A stretch of DNA of 64,000 nucleotides from contig JANJGN010000210.1 of assembly GCA_026770705.1 (NCBI GenBank), positions 248,001-312,000 of the forward strand, read 5' to 3'. How positions within the stretch are numbered: the first letter of the stretch is position 1; each line of letters begins with the position of its first letter. This DNA comes from Isurus oxyrinchus. Its lineage: Eukaryota. Made by a program: the position numbers and the translations under genes. The notes beneath the pieces are model-generated. The model made no database searches. It was not told the DNA's origin and saw nothing but the letters and a program-made list of their open reading frames with translations. Of this stretch, positions 12,574-23,260 are shown piece by piece.

Positions 12574-13084
12574 GATATTTGCTCCGGTCTGCCCCACTCT
12601 GACTGTACCGCATGCTGTACATATACAGAGCTTTACAGTAATAGGTGGTGGTGTTTCCAACTCTCAGATCCCTAATTTCCAGCGAAAATGTATTTTCTGC
12701 TTTATTCACCGACACAACAAATCTCCCCTCGCTGGAGATCCGCTCCCGGTCTGGGTTTGTCTGAAGAAATCCCCACCCGTCAAAGGACGAGAGAAAAAGC
12801 CACCATAGAAAACGCAGGTGATGGTGAGAGACTGACACTCCTTCCTGGTCACCGCTGCCGGGGTCTGTACCACTGACTGACTGAAAGAGCCTGGAAATTA
12901 AACAGAGAGAGTTTAATGGACCATCAGAGCCGAACCACAGAGCGGGGTCAAAACTCCAGACATTGTCTGGATTTGGGATGGACTCGGGCAGCTTTATATC
13001 AAACAAACACAATGTCGGTTTGTTTGATCGGTACTCACGGGGTAAACGGACACACAGGGTGAAAAGAAAGAGAATTCCAATCGT
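12574..13084 (-). pseudogene. NAR-TCR (IgNAR-like) V pseudogene, germline-fused to the D 3' end and 12-RSS (copy A)
   Basis: Leader 13084-13039 (ATG mutated to ACG, donor GTGAGT). V exon from 12890: SQSVVQTPAAVTRKECQSLTITC...ERISSEGRFVVSVNKAENTFSLEIRDL..TYYCKA, with a 10-bp frameshifting deletion. Followed by CAGAGTG 12601-12595, 12 bp, GCAAATATC. Confidence 0.9.
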
Positions 13085-14423
13085 TCTGCTGCCTGGAGCT
13101 GAGGGTTTATATGACGGGGCGCTGGAGACTGTAGACCCGGACTGCACTGGGAGACCGGACCTCAGAGCTGGACCTAAATATTTAAGTGGGTGCTGAGTTG
13201 ATTTGCACAGGACAGTTCCGCTCTGATCATTGATGGGCCGCACGGTTCCCGGGTCGCTGGCTAAGTCTGTGACTAAGAGACAGGTTTATAAAAGGAGACT
13301 GCAATTTTTTGACTCTTCATTTGGATTGTGATCCGGATGTGAAAAGTCCTCCTGCAATTCTCTGGGGTACAGAGGTGGGGGAGGGGAGCTTTTCTTTCTG
13401 CCAGTTACGCTGCCGCCTTCAAATCCCCGCAATAATGAACTGGGAGGTCGGTGCGTGTGTTTGTATCGGGTGGTTTTTGAGAGATGGCGCTTCCCGTCAG
13501 TCCCTCAGCCTGACCAGTAAAGCCAATGAGTTCGAGGGACTGAACGGTGACCCGGCACTACACCAAGGAGGCAGGAACACCCGGGAGACCTTAATCCAAC
13601 GAACCTTCAGTTAATCCCACACAAATGGGTTTGCAAGCCAGCATTACGTGGCGCATTCATATGCAGCACTTTAGTGCGACATCTGTCACTTCATCAGCTG
13701 CAACAAGGGGCTTTGGACACAAATCTAAATATCCACTCAAACACAAATGACAGGTCTGTGAAACATACAAATGCAGCACAAAGGAGCCACCCTCAGTCAT
13801 AGAAATACATGTGGATTTTATTTTGATCCATCATCTGGTCCAACAAATTTGCCTCATATTTCCTTTCCATTCCCGTGCAGTTTTTCTCTACAGCGCTGTC
13901 CCCATGGCCTCTGATCACGATGGTCTTATTGAATGAGGCAAACAGAAACTACATTTATTGATTGACTTTAAGTCCGATATAAATGCGAAAACTCCAAAGC
14001 AACTTTCACGACGCCTGGAGGTGTTTAGGCGTCAGTGCTTGCTCACCGATTTGTCCTATTCTGTCTTCACTCCCAATTTAACGTATTTATTTCCACGTGT
14101 TTTACTGCGGTGGGAATGTTTACTTCGAGGAGAGATTTACCCAGCAGAGAGACATCAAGGCAAAGGGACAGACAAGCTAAGAAGGTCAGAGCGAGGGAGG
14201 GGGAACCAACCAGTGAATTAAACTATCCGCAGCTCACATTCATTGGTGCGTAGCTGTCATCAGCTCGGACAGACAAGTGAATCTTCTCCTTGGGAAACGC
14301 CCCTCTCTGCCTCAATAAGTGGAGCCCGATCCTGTTTTGGGTTTCACTTTAATATCAGACTAGAGGGACCAACATATTAAGAAGAACCTGTGATTTTTTT
14401 TGTCGAGCTCGAAACCAGATACC

Positions 14424-14892
14424 ATGAGCTCACCATATCCCTTACTGCCAATAATTGCCTTGCTGCCTGGTAAGTCTATGTCTACATAGTCACTGTGTTT
14501 ACGGGGGTTGTATTTCCTCGCCGGCTTTGAACCATTCTTTATATGTGTTACAGAGTCGAATGGCACAGGTTCAATGTCCCAGGATCCGTCTGCATTAATG
14601 ATAATGGAAGGACAATGCATAATACTGGGCTGCAGTTACTCGCCAGCCGGCCCTGTCACAACTCTGTTCTGGTATGTCCAGTATCCCGGGGAAGCTGCGA
14701 GGCATTTACTGAAGCTTGGGGAATGAAGAAAGGCTTCCAAGCTAACCAGACAGATTTTCTGGTTATTTCCACAAAGGAAATATAGCGTCTCCTTTAAATA
14801 TCGCCGGGGAACTTCTCTCCGAAAGCGCCGTGTATTTCTGTGCCCTGGAGCTCACAGTGCTGCGGAGATATTGCCGATCCCGTGCTGAAATC
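14424..14892 (+). pseudogene. TCR Valpha/delta pseudogene with leader and degenerate RSS
   Basis: Leader MSSPYPLLPIIALLP 14424-14469 + GTAAGT. V exon from 14554 SMSQDPS..LGCSY..LFWYVQYPGE, then a stop/frameshift, then SESAVYFCALE. CACAGTG 14853-14859 with a spacer of about 24 bp. Confidence 0.85.
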
Positions 14893-14915
14893 TCACTGAG
14901 AGGTACAGTTAGTGC

Positions 14916-14930
14916 CCACCAGAGGGCGCT
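14916..14930 (+). promoter_or_regulatory. CTCF consensus motif just downstream of a V RSS (paralog 55553-55567)
   Basis: CCACCAGAGGGCGCT matches the CCASYAGRKGGCRS core. Confidence 0.6.
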
Positions 14931-16794
14931 CTCACACCGATAAACATAAGCAATAAAGCAGCCGCCACATTGAGGGCCACAGAAAGATTCAAAACACATC
15001 AAACACGAAGAGCTGAGGAACACTTGCGCAATTATATTAATCAATTTCAACTCACGTCTGTACCATAATCGACATTCCTAAATCGATTTGATCGCTTTCA
15101 TATATTTATTGCCGTTTGACACAGTTTCAGTGCCTGTTTGAGATATTGCACAACGAGATGATCGGCTGAAGCCTCGTCCACACACAGGACACGTGTGCGG
15201 TTTCTCTCTGCTGTGAATGGTGCTTTCTCCTTCCATGTTCAAAATCCGATGATATTCAGGTTACGTTAATTGGGTAACTCTTGACAGATCCTGATGTGAT
15301 GCTTGGTTTGAGTTTCCGGACTCGAAATCCTACCCGTCTAAAAACCTGTCAAAATGTTTTAAAATAGAAAAAAGTGAGAGAGACCCCACAAAAACACAAA
15401 GACAGGTTGTGAAATTGAGCTGAATGAATCTGCTGATTTGTGGGGCCGACACTAGGAAAAAGTGACCATGAAAATTGCTGGACTGTCGTAAAACCCCAAC
15501 TGGTTCACTAATGCGCTTCAGGGAAGGAAACATGCCACCCAGTCTGGTCCTATACAAGACTCTGGAATATGGGGGGAATAAGAGTGAAAGAGAGCTGGGA
15601 GCAGAAGCAGAGAACGAGAGGAATATTATTTATATTTGTGCAAATCGACCAGAACTTTGACAGAATCTCATGAATCCTCAATCTCCACCACCTAGAAGGA
15701 CCAGGGTAGCAGGTGTATGTGAACACCATCACCTCCAGGTTCTCCTCCAAGTCACACACCATCCTGACCTGCCCAACACCCAGCACTGGATGAGGAGAAT
15801 TTTCCTCTATTTAAATATTGAGAAGGCTGAAGCCGTTGACTTCAGTCCCCACTACAAACTTCACTCCCTAGGCACCGACTCCAGCCCCCTCCCTGTCAAC
15901 TGCCTGAGGCTGAAAGAGATTGTTCAAAACAATGGTGTCATATTTGACCCCAAGGCAAGCTCCACCCACATACCTGCATCATCATGAAGACTGGATTCCA
16001 CCTTAGTAATATCGCCAGAATCTACCCCAGTCTCAGCTCATCTGCTGCTGAAACCATCATCCATTCCTTTGTTACCTCCGAGATATCTGCACTCTACTTC
16101 TGACTTCCTGACAATTCCTGATTTCTTTTGGTCCACATTTGGTACCTGTAGCTGCCAAGGCCATAAACTCTGGGTTTTCATTAGTAATCCTGTCCACCTC
16201 TATATCTTCCTTTCCTCCTTTAAGATACTCCTTAAAAGAGACCTCTGCTTCCGGTACCCCATGAGTTTATAGAAGCAATCACTATCAGTCCAGGATGGAA
16301 ATTCAGAGGAGACAAATATTTTTCTTGCTTTGAGTTTGTTGTGCATAAATCTTCCCCTTCTAACCCCCTTAAAAGGAGTTTCCAAAATCTATCCCAGCAT
16401 AGAAATTCACAACATTCTCTCCTCCTCCTCCCTGGTCCAGGATGACCTCACATGTGTCCTCTGCACATTGTCCCTCGTTGTCGTCAGCAGATCCTCGATG
16501 AGAGTGTGATGTTTACTCAGGATTCTGAGTTTCTGCCGTTGGTCTTCATGTGACTGAACAGACACACAGATCTTTGGACACATGGGGCAGGTCGTCTATG
16601 AGGTAGTGAGATCAGGAGAGCAGGATTTTCTTCCTTTTCTTGCCTTCTCTGCTGCTGCTTTGCCTCATCAATAAGACATTATTGATCAGCTCAAAGGTTA
16701 ATACACCTTGATGGACAAGTTGTCGTCATTTTAAACAATGGGTAACAAGCTCCTCCCAGTCATTAAAACATTGCCCCGTACATGTGCCCATTCT

Positions 16795-17110
16795 GGTGGC
16801 ATAGTGGCATTGTGATGTCCTCATATTCAAGAGACCCAGGGTAACGCTCTGGGGATGTGGGATCAATTCGCACCACTGCAGATGGTGAAATTTGAATTCA
16901 ATAAAAATCTGGAATTAAAAGTCTAAAGATGACCATGAAACCATTGTCGATTGTTATTAAAAACCCTTACCTGTTCTGGCCTATCTGTGACCCCAGACCC
17001 CACAGCAATGTGATGATTCTTAACTGCCCTCTGAACAAGGGCACTTAGGAATGGCCAGTAACTGCTGGCCCCAGCCACTGACACCCACATCCCAGGAATG
17101 AATAAAAAAT
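16795..17110 (+). mobile_element. tRNA-derived shark SINE (paralog about 57447-57748; related pieces 33850-34120, 35030-35250, 59060-59680)
   Basis: A/B-box-like head, GATGGTGAAATTTGAATTCAATAAAAATCTGG core, and tail CCCACATCCCAGGAATGAATAAAAAA shared with local LINE 3' ends. Confidence 0.75.
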
Positions 17111-17441
17111 CATGGGGCCTTTAGCCCGAGTCGAACATGGCTGCGGGTTTACACATGTCTTCGTCCATCGCTCCCTCCGCCCCGCCATCCCCCCTCTTTT
17201 CCCATTGTGGATCAGCCCCGCCTTCTCATTGGTTGCAGGGCCAGCCTCTTGCGCACGCATGCCCCCAGTCCCGCCCCCTTTTCCTATTGGTCTGGAGCAA
17301 CCGTCAATTGTGACGGTTTCAGACGCTGAGAGCGGCCACAGAGTCAGCCTGACTTGCTAATTATTGGCAGCATTTTCTGTTTGGGAATTAGAGCTAGAGA
17401 TGGATGGTCAGTTCCTCTCTGTCCGGGGGGGATTCACTCTC

Positions 17442-17512
17442 ATTTCCCCAGTGCAGTGATTATCACGGTTACTTTAGATGAGAGAGTGCCCGGTTCAAAC
17501 CCGGCCGAAACT
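17442..17512 (+). pseudogene. tRNA-Val-like pseudogene
   Basis: ATTTCCCCAGTGCAGTGATTATCAC...CCCGGTTCAAACCCGGCCGAAAC resembles vertebrate tRNA-Val; stems are mismatched. Confidence 0.6.
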
Positions 17513-17585
17513 TTGTGTTTAAAATTATTACCAATGAGGAATTAACAATTAGTTTAGTTTCATGTCGAACAGGGTGACAATTACT

Positions 17586-17681
17586 AAAACAAAAACAAAA
17601 ATACCTGGAAAAACTCAGCAGGTCTGGCAGCATCTGTGGAGAGGAACACAGTTGACGTTTCGAGTCCGAATGACCCTTCAA
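17586..17681 (-). mobile_element. Short Penelope-like element terminus with 10-bp TSD (paralog about 58264-58359)
   Basis: TSD GACAATTACT at 17576-17585 and 17682-17691. The minus strand reads GAAGGGTCATTCGGACTCGAAACGTCAAC...CCAGACCTGCTGAGTTTTTCCAGG. Confidence 0.7.
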
Positions 17682-18892
17682 GACAATTACTGCTGTCTCA
17701 TTCTGTCGAACTGTCGATGCTGAGCTGCATGTCAGTGAACGGAAACACCCCAAGCTCGGCTACTCTCAATGCCCTGAGCGGAGTAATGGCTTTGCTGTTC
17801 GAGATCCGGGTGGAAGTGGGAACGCCAGGCCCAGTACTGATCAACAGGAAAGCAAGTTTAATGGAGAAGAAAACTGTTCCAACGTTATGAAGACTTGCTT
17901 GGGTTTGTTTTAACGACCATAGTCACTAACTTGCAATATCTTCTGCCTGTGTAAAAAGTACTCTGATCCAGTGTCAGGAATATAAAATAATTTTCGTAAT
18001 GTTATTAGAAATTATTGTCAAGTGGAGTAACAGTGGGGTCTGGGGTCTGTGCGTGAATTAATTCAATTAAAGGTAGATGGTCTGAAGACTTTGATGTATT
18101 GGAAGATAAGCTCGATTTGAAAAGTGAACGTTTCAGTGGGTGTTTTCGAATGTGTGCGTTTGTGTGTGCGGTGTGCGGGAGCTGTGTGTATGTATCTGTG
18201 TGCGTCTATCTGTGTTTGCGAGTGTGTGTGTGATTCCGGCAGTGTCCAGCAGAGGGTAGATTTCTAAAGGTGTGTGTGTGTTTGTGCACGCGCGCTGTCG
18301 GCCGCTGAGACACACAAAGTGATAGGAAATCAAATTAACCTCGGATCAAACTGTCAGCCAACTGTTTCTCGCAGCGGCCGAGAATATCAAACAGACTGCA
18401 GAATCCGATTGGACAGATTGACATGGAAGTGAATCATACCTGAAGAAATCCTGTCCAATCCACATTGGTTGTTCACCTGTAAATCAGGGTTAATGGGGGA
18501 GGGAGACATTCTAGAGTGAGGGACACATCCTCAAACAGAATACACATTAGGGGCGCTCTTCCTTCACTGCCCCGTTCCTTCTTTGCCGCTGTCTCAGAAT
18601 ACTGGATCTTTCTCCCTAACAGCGCGGTGGGTGTACACCGCTGCAATAAAAACAACAAACTCATGAATGATTCTCTGGTGGCGATAGAGGTAAATTGCGC
18701 TCTCGCAGCTTTTGCAATCAAAGAAAAAAATTAGCAACATCTATTTCTGGCCACCGAGCGTGGCTATTTGAATATATATGCATGTGTGCCATTGTGTGTT
18801 CCGATGCTATCCAGTGGAGGGCGCTCGCTGATCACTTGACAGGGATATTTTTGCTCAACAGCAGAAAGAGTTTTTCTCATTGATCTGCCAGC

Positions 18893-19375
18893 TGCGGGCT
18901 GCACTGACTGGGCCAACATTTATTGCCCATCCCTAGTTGCCCTTGAGGAGATGTTGGTGAGCTGCCTTCTTAAACGCTGCAGCCCATGTGGTGTAAGTGC
19001 ATCCACAATGCTGTTAGCGAGGGAGTTCCAGGATTTTGACCCAGTGACAGTAATGCAATGATTATATATTTCCAAATCAGGATTGTGAGGTATTTGGAGG
19101 GGAACATCTAGGTGGTGGTGTTCGCATCTATCTGCTGCCCTTGTCCTTCTAGATGGTAGTGGTCGAGGTTTTGGATGGCCCTGTCGAAGTAGCCTTGCGA
19201 ATTCCTGCAGTGCATCTTATAGATGGTACTTCCTGCTATTGCTGTGCGTCGCTGGTGGAGGTAATGAATGTTTGTGGTGTGGTGCCAGTTAAGTGAGCTG
19301 CTTTGTCCTTGATGGTGTTGAGCTTCTTGAGTGTTGTGGGAGCTGTGGGAGCTGTAATCATCCAGGCAAATGGAG
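18893..19375 (-). mobile_element. LINE 3' fragment (family whose tail matches the local SINE)
   Basis: Reads APTTLKKLNTIKDKAAHL; same family as 22110-23260, 26900-27245, 27570-27750 and 59265-59585. Confidence 0.75.
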
Positions 19376-20147
19376 AAGGTTCCGTCACAATCAAGCGAAT
19401 ATTTGAAGAACGGGCCCATATTCCCAATCGGGATGTTACCAACATTGTCAAAGAATTGGCACCTGGGTACCACAAACAGACAAACTGTGTGTTTGAATTA
19501 TCATAATATCTTCCATTGTCGCAGGAGTATTTGACATAAGCGCAGAAGGAACGTTAAAAGAAACCACGGGCCACACTTACTCTGAAGAGCGGACATTATT
19601 CACTCTCTGCTCAATTTCCCCCCTTATTGGCGATGAGAAAGATTATTTCTTTGTAGCGTGGTACGTTCAAGCTAGATCAGAACGGTCTATGATAAATGCG
19701 CTGCTATGTGCAGTTAACTATAGAACTAAGAGAGATGGATAACTGCATCGTTCACTGGTTACAATGAATCCTCCAGTAAGATTTCCTCTCGCCCCCACTA
19801 AGCTGACATTAATGTGTTCTTTGTGATAAAATGTTCCAAGAAAGTAAGGATCTTATATTTTTCCAGGAATTAATGACCTGAAGAACCTTCATTAAACCAT
19901 TTCAGATGTTGCTACACAGACAGGAATTGGAGCAATCCCTCCTTTTACCTGATGCTCTGATATTGTCACAAACGGAGAGGCCATGTGCGGAGTCCCTCTC
20001 GGCTCTTTATATTTGATGTTCCGCAGGAAGTGACATCGGACCAATCCCGACTCTTTCCCATAGGAAGGTGACATTAGTGCTTTTTGATTGGATATTGTGC
20101 AGCTCCCTGAGACACAGAAAAGACCCTGGGATTCTGAAGCAGCAGCA

Positions 20148-21238
20148 ATGTGGCTCTCTCTTAACGCTGTGATCTGGGGGCCATTCATTGGCGGTAAGAG
20201 GATGAAACATTTTTAGAAAGTAACATTAATTTCAGGATGAATCAACGTGAAAAGCAGAGAGTTGGTGTTATCCTTTCAACAGCACGCTGTTCGACCACAT
20301 TTGCAGTTTCACCAAAAGCAAATAGAAGATCAGGAGAAATTTAGGGGAAAAATATTTACCAAGACGAGAACAGAATTGAGAGACAACATCGATGAGGAAT
20401 AATTGGAGATGGTAGGGTTCTTCTCCACAGTTAAGTCAGGACTGAGGGACTAGCTGACAGAGATCCGTAAATAGATGAAAGAGGTTGATAGGGTTGAAAT
20501 GGAAAACTTTCCACATGTCACGGATTATAGAGCTACGGGGCACAAACACAAGAGTGCGAAAAAATATCCAATGGAGTTTTCAGGAGAGGGTTTGCACCCA
20601 CGGAATGGTTAGAATGTTCACTTCACCTTCACAAAGAGGATTTCGGGTGAACAGTGTCCCTGATATAATTGGACAGGTGATGGGAGAATGAAGAGGAGGA
20701 TATGATAGTAGAGTTAATGAGGAGTAATGGAAGGTGATGCTGGCGATTGTAAACACCCGCAGGCACTACTTGCGCCCAATAACCTTTTCTATCGCCCCAA
20801 TGATATCTCCGTCTAAGTAAAACTCTCTGTGAATTATTGCCGTCAGTTCAGTTGAAGTTTTAATCGCTGATTTCCGCTTTCTTTAACCGTGTGTTCCAGA
20901 TCCGAGCAATTGGGATTCTGTTTCTCAGCGGGAATCCTCACTCACACAGACAGAGGGAGAAGGTGTCACTTTCACCTGCACCTATACTGGCACTGGATAT
21001 TACTTATTCTGATACCGTCAGTACCCCGGAAAACAGCCCGAGATTGGAGTCCAGATATACACGGAAGTACAGAATATAAGGTGAATTTCGCTCAGAGCCG
21101 GTTTTCTGATACAACCCAGCAGTCAGACAAGTTGTACCGATTCACCATCCCGGAGCTGTGGCTGTCTGACACCGCGGTCTATTACTGTGCACAGAGTCTC
21201 ACAGTGAAGGGAACGAGTGCAAACCTCGTACAATAAGT
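20148..21238 (+). pseudogene. TCR Valpha/delta pseudogene with leader and 23-RSS
   Basis: Leader MWLSLNAVIWGPFIG 20148-20193 + GTAAGA. V exon 20900-21199: DSVSQRESS..FTCTY..YYLF*YRQYPGKQPE, a frameshift, then LSDTAVYYCAQS. CACAGTG 21200-21206, 23 bp, ACAATAAGT. Confidence 0.9.
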
Positions 21239-21680
21239 GCTGCAGCTTTCTGGGTCAAAGCTGCTGTCTGCTGAGTGTTGTTTTTCACAGACATGACACG
21301 TGAAAGCAATCCTGTGGGCAAAAAGAACAAGCACAATCCACATATACAGCAGCTGAAATCTTTCCGTTTGAATGCTGACCCTCTTCCTGTTGATTGTTGT
21401 GGAGGCTGAATTGGCTGCTCGCCAGTTCCCATTTGCCAGAACAATCTCCAACCCCTTTCCTGAAACCAGTTCTACCAGTTTACCGCTGCTTCAGGGACAG
21501 CTCGTGGCAAGGGGACAAGGAATCATTGTGCTAAAAGATTAGTCTGCAGCGTAAACAGAAGTATGCCAAGGGGAGAAGGGCATGATAATTATATGAACCT
21601 CATTAAATGTTCCGAAATGTTAAAGACATTTGAACATATTAATACAAATCATGTACAATATAAGCCGCCCCTGTGGGTTT

Positions 21681-21695
21681 GCTGCCATCTGGCGG
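21681..21695 (-). promoter_or_regulatory. CTCF consensus motif
   Basis: Minus strand CCGCCAGATGGCAGC. Confidence 0.5.
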
Positions 21696-22109
21696 GAGAA
21701 ATCAGAATTGTTCCTGTCATTGTTTCCTTCAGTTCAGAGGGCCGGTGTTTCGGAATTATGCGCCGAAGACAATCGAAAGACCACACAGGCGCCGGGGGCG
21801 ATAAACATAACCACCATCCAATTACGTTCACGTTGAGCACTGGCTGTCTCTCTCTCTAATGATTGCATTAAGGCAATGACGGCAGAATTGGCGGCTCGTC
21901 ATTACCGTTAAAAAAACAAACTCCCACCAGCTTTACTGGAACGAGTTCTGTCGGTTTCCGGCTCCTTCAGACAAAGCTGTAATAATTGGTTTTATATACC
22001 AGCCTGCAGGGGAAGCAGGAGTCCGCTAGCTGGAAACGATCGTAATAATTATGAGCCTGATTAAATATTCCGCGATGTTAAAGACGTTTGACATCATTCA
22101 ATGATTGTA

Positions 22110-23260
22110 TTCTTTTTCGATACATGTACGGAATGTGGGCGTCGCTGGCTGGGCCAGCATTTATTGCGCATCCCTAATTTCCCTTGAGAAGATGGTGGTG
22201 AGCTGCCTTCTTGAACCGCTGCAGTTCATGTCGTGTAGGTACACCCACAATGCTGTTAGGAAGGGAGATCCAGGATTCTGACGCAGCGACAGTGAAGGAA
22301 CGACGATATATTTCCAAGTCAGGATGGTGTGTGGTTTGGAGGATACTTCCAGCCGTTGGTGTTCCCATCTATCTGCTGCCCTTTCACTTCTAGATGGTAC
22401 GGGTCGTAGGTTTGGAAAGTATTGTCAATAAGGGCCTTTGTGAATCCCTACAGTGAATTTTGCTGCTACTGTGCATCGGTGGTGGAGGGAGTGAATGTTT
22501 TTGGATAGGTTGCCAATCAAGCGGACTGCTTTGTCCTGGGCGGTTTTAAGCATTTTGAGCCTTGTTGGAGCTGTACATATCCAGGCCAGTGGAAAGTATT
22601 CCATCACACTCTTGACTTGTGCCTTGTACATGGTGCACAGGCTTTGCGGAGTTAAGAGGTGAGCCAGTCGTCACAGGATTCCTATCCTTTGACCTGCTTT
22701 CGTAGCTATGGTATTTATATGGCTAGTCCAGTTCAGTTTCTAGTCAATGGTGACACCCAGGATGTTGATAGTGGGAGATTCAGTGATGGTAACGCAATTG
22801 AACATCAAGGGTTGATGCTTCGATTCTCTCTTGTTGGACATGGTCATTGCCTGGCATTTGTTGGCCATGAATGGTAATTGCTATTTGTCAGTCCAATCTT
22901 AAGTATTGCCCAGGTCTTGCTGCATTTGTACATGGGCTGCCTCAGTATCTGCACAGTCACAAATGGTTCAGAACTTTGTGCAATCATCAACGAACATCCC
23001 TACTTCTGGCTTTACGGTAGAAGGGGGGTCATTGATGAAACAGGTTATTGATAAGCAAGTGTCACATGATAGCAATGTTGGTAACCTCTTTTATTACTTT
23101 ACTGATGATGGAGAGTAGGCTGATGAGGCGGTACTTGACCGGAGTCAACTTGTCTTGCTTTTCGTGTACAGGACATGCCTGGGCACTTTTCCATATTCCC
23201 GGGTAGGTGCCAGTTTTGTGGCTGTACTGGAACAGCTTGGCTAGGGGCGCAGCTAGGTCT
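22110..23260 (-). mobile_element. LINE 3' fragment with decayed RT C-terminus
   Basis: ORFs MYKAQVKSVMEYFPLAW..DKAVRLIG and ELQRFKKAAHHHLLKGN, plus a 3' tail. Confidence 0.8.

Larger units (their letters stand above)
1..17704 (+). repeat. Segmental duplication copy A (runs off the window start)
   Basis: Colinear and highly similar to 40565-58382 throughout, with paired ORFs in the track. Similarity ends after TGCTGTCTC(A/G)TTCT. Confidence 0.95.

Noticed and set aside
12554-13243. 229-aa ORF (and 53215-53904) as a gene
   Set aside because: It is a read-through of promoter, leader, intron and out-of-frame V; only the part after the 10-bp deletion is in the V frame.
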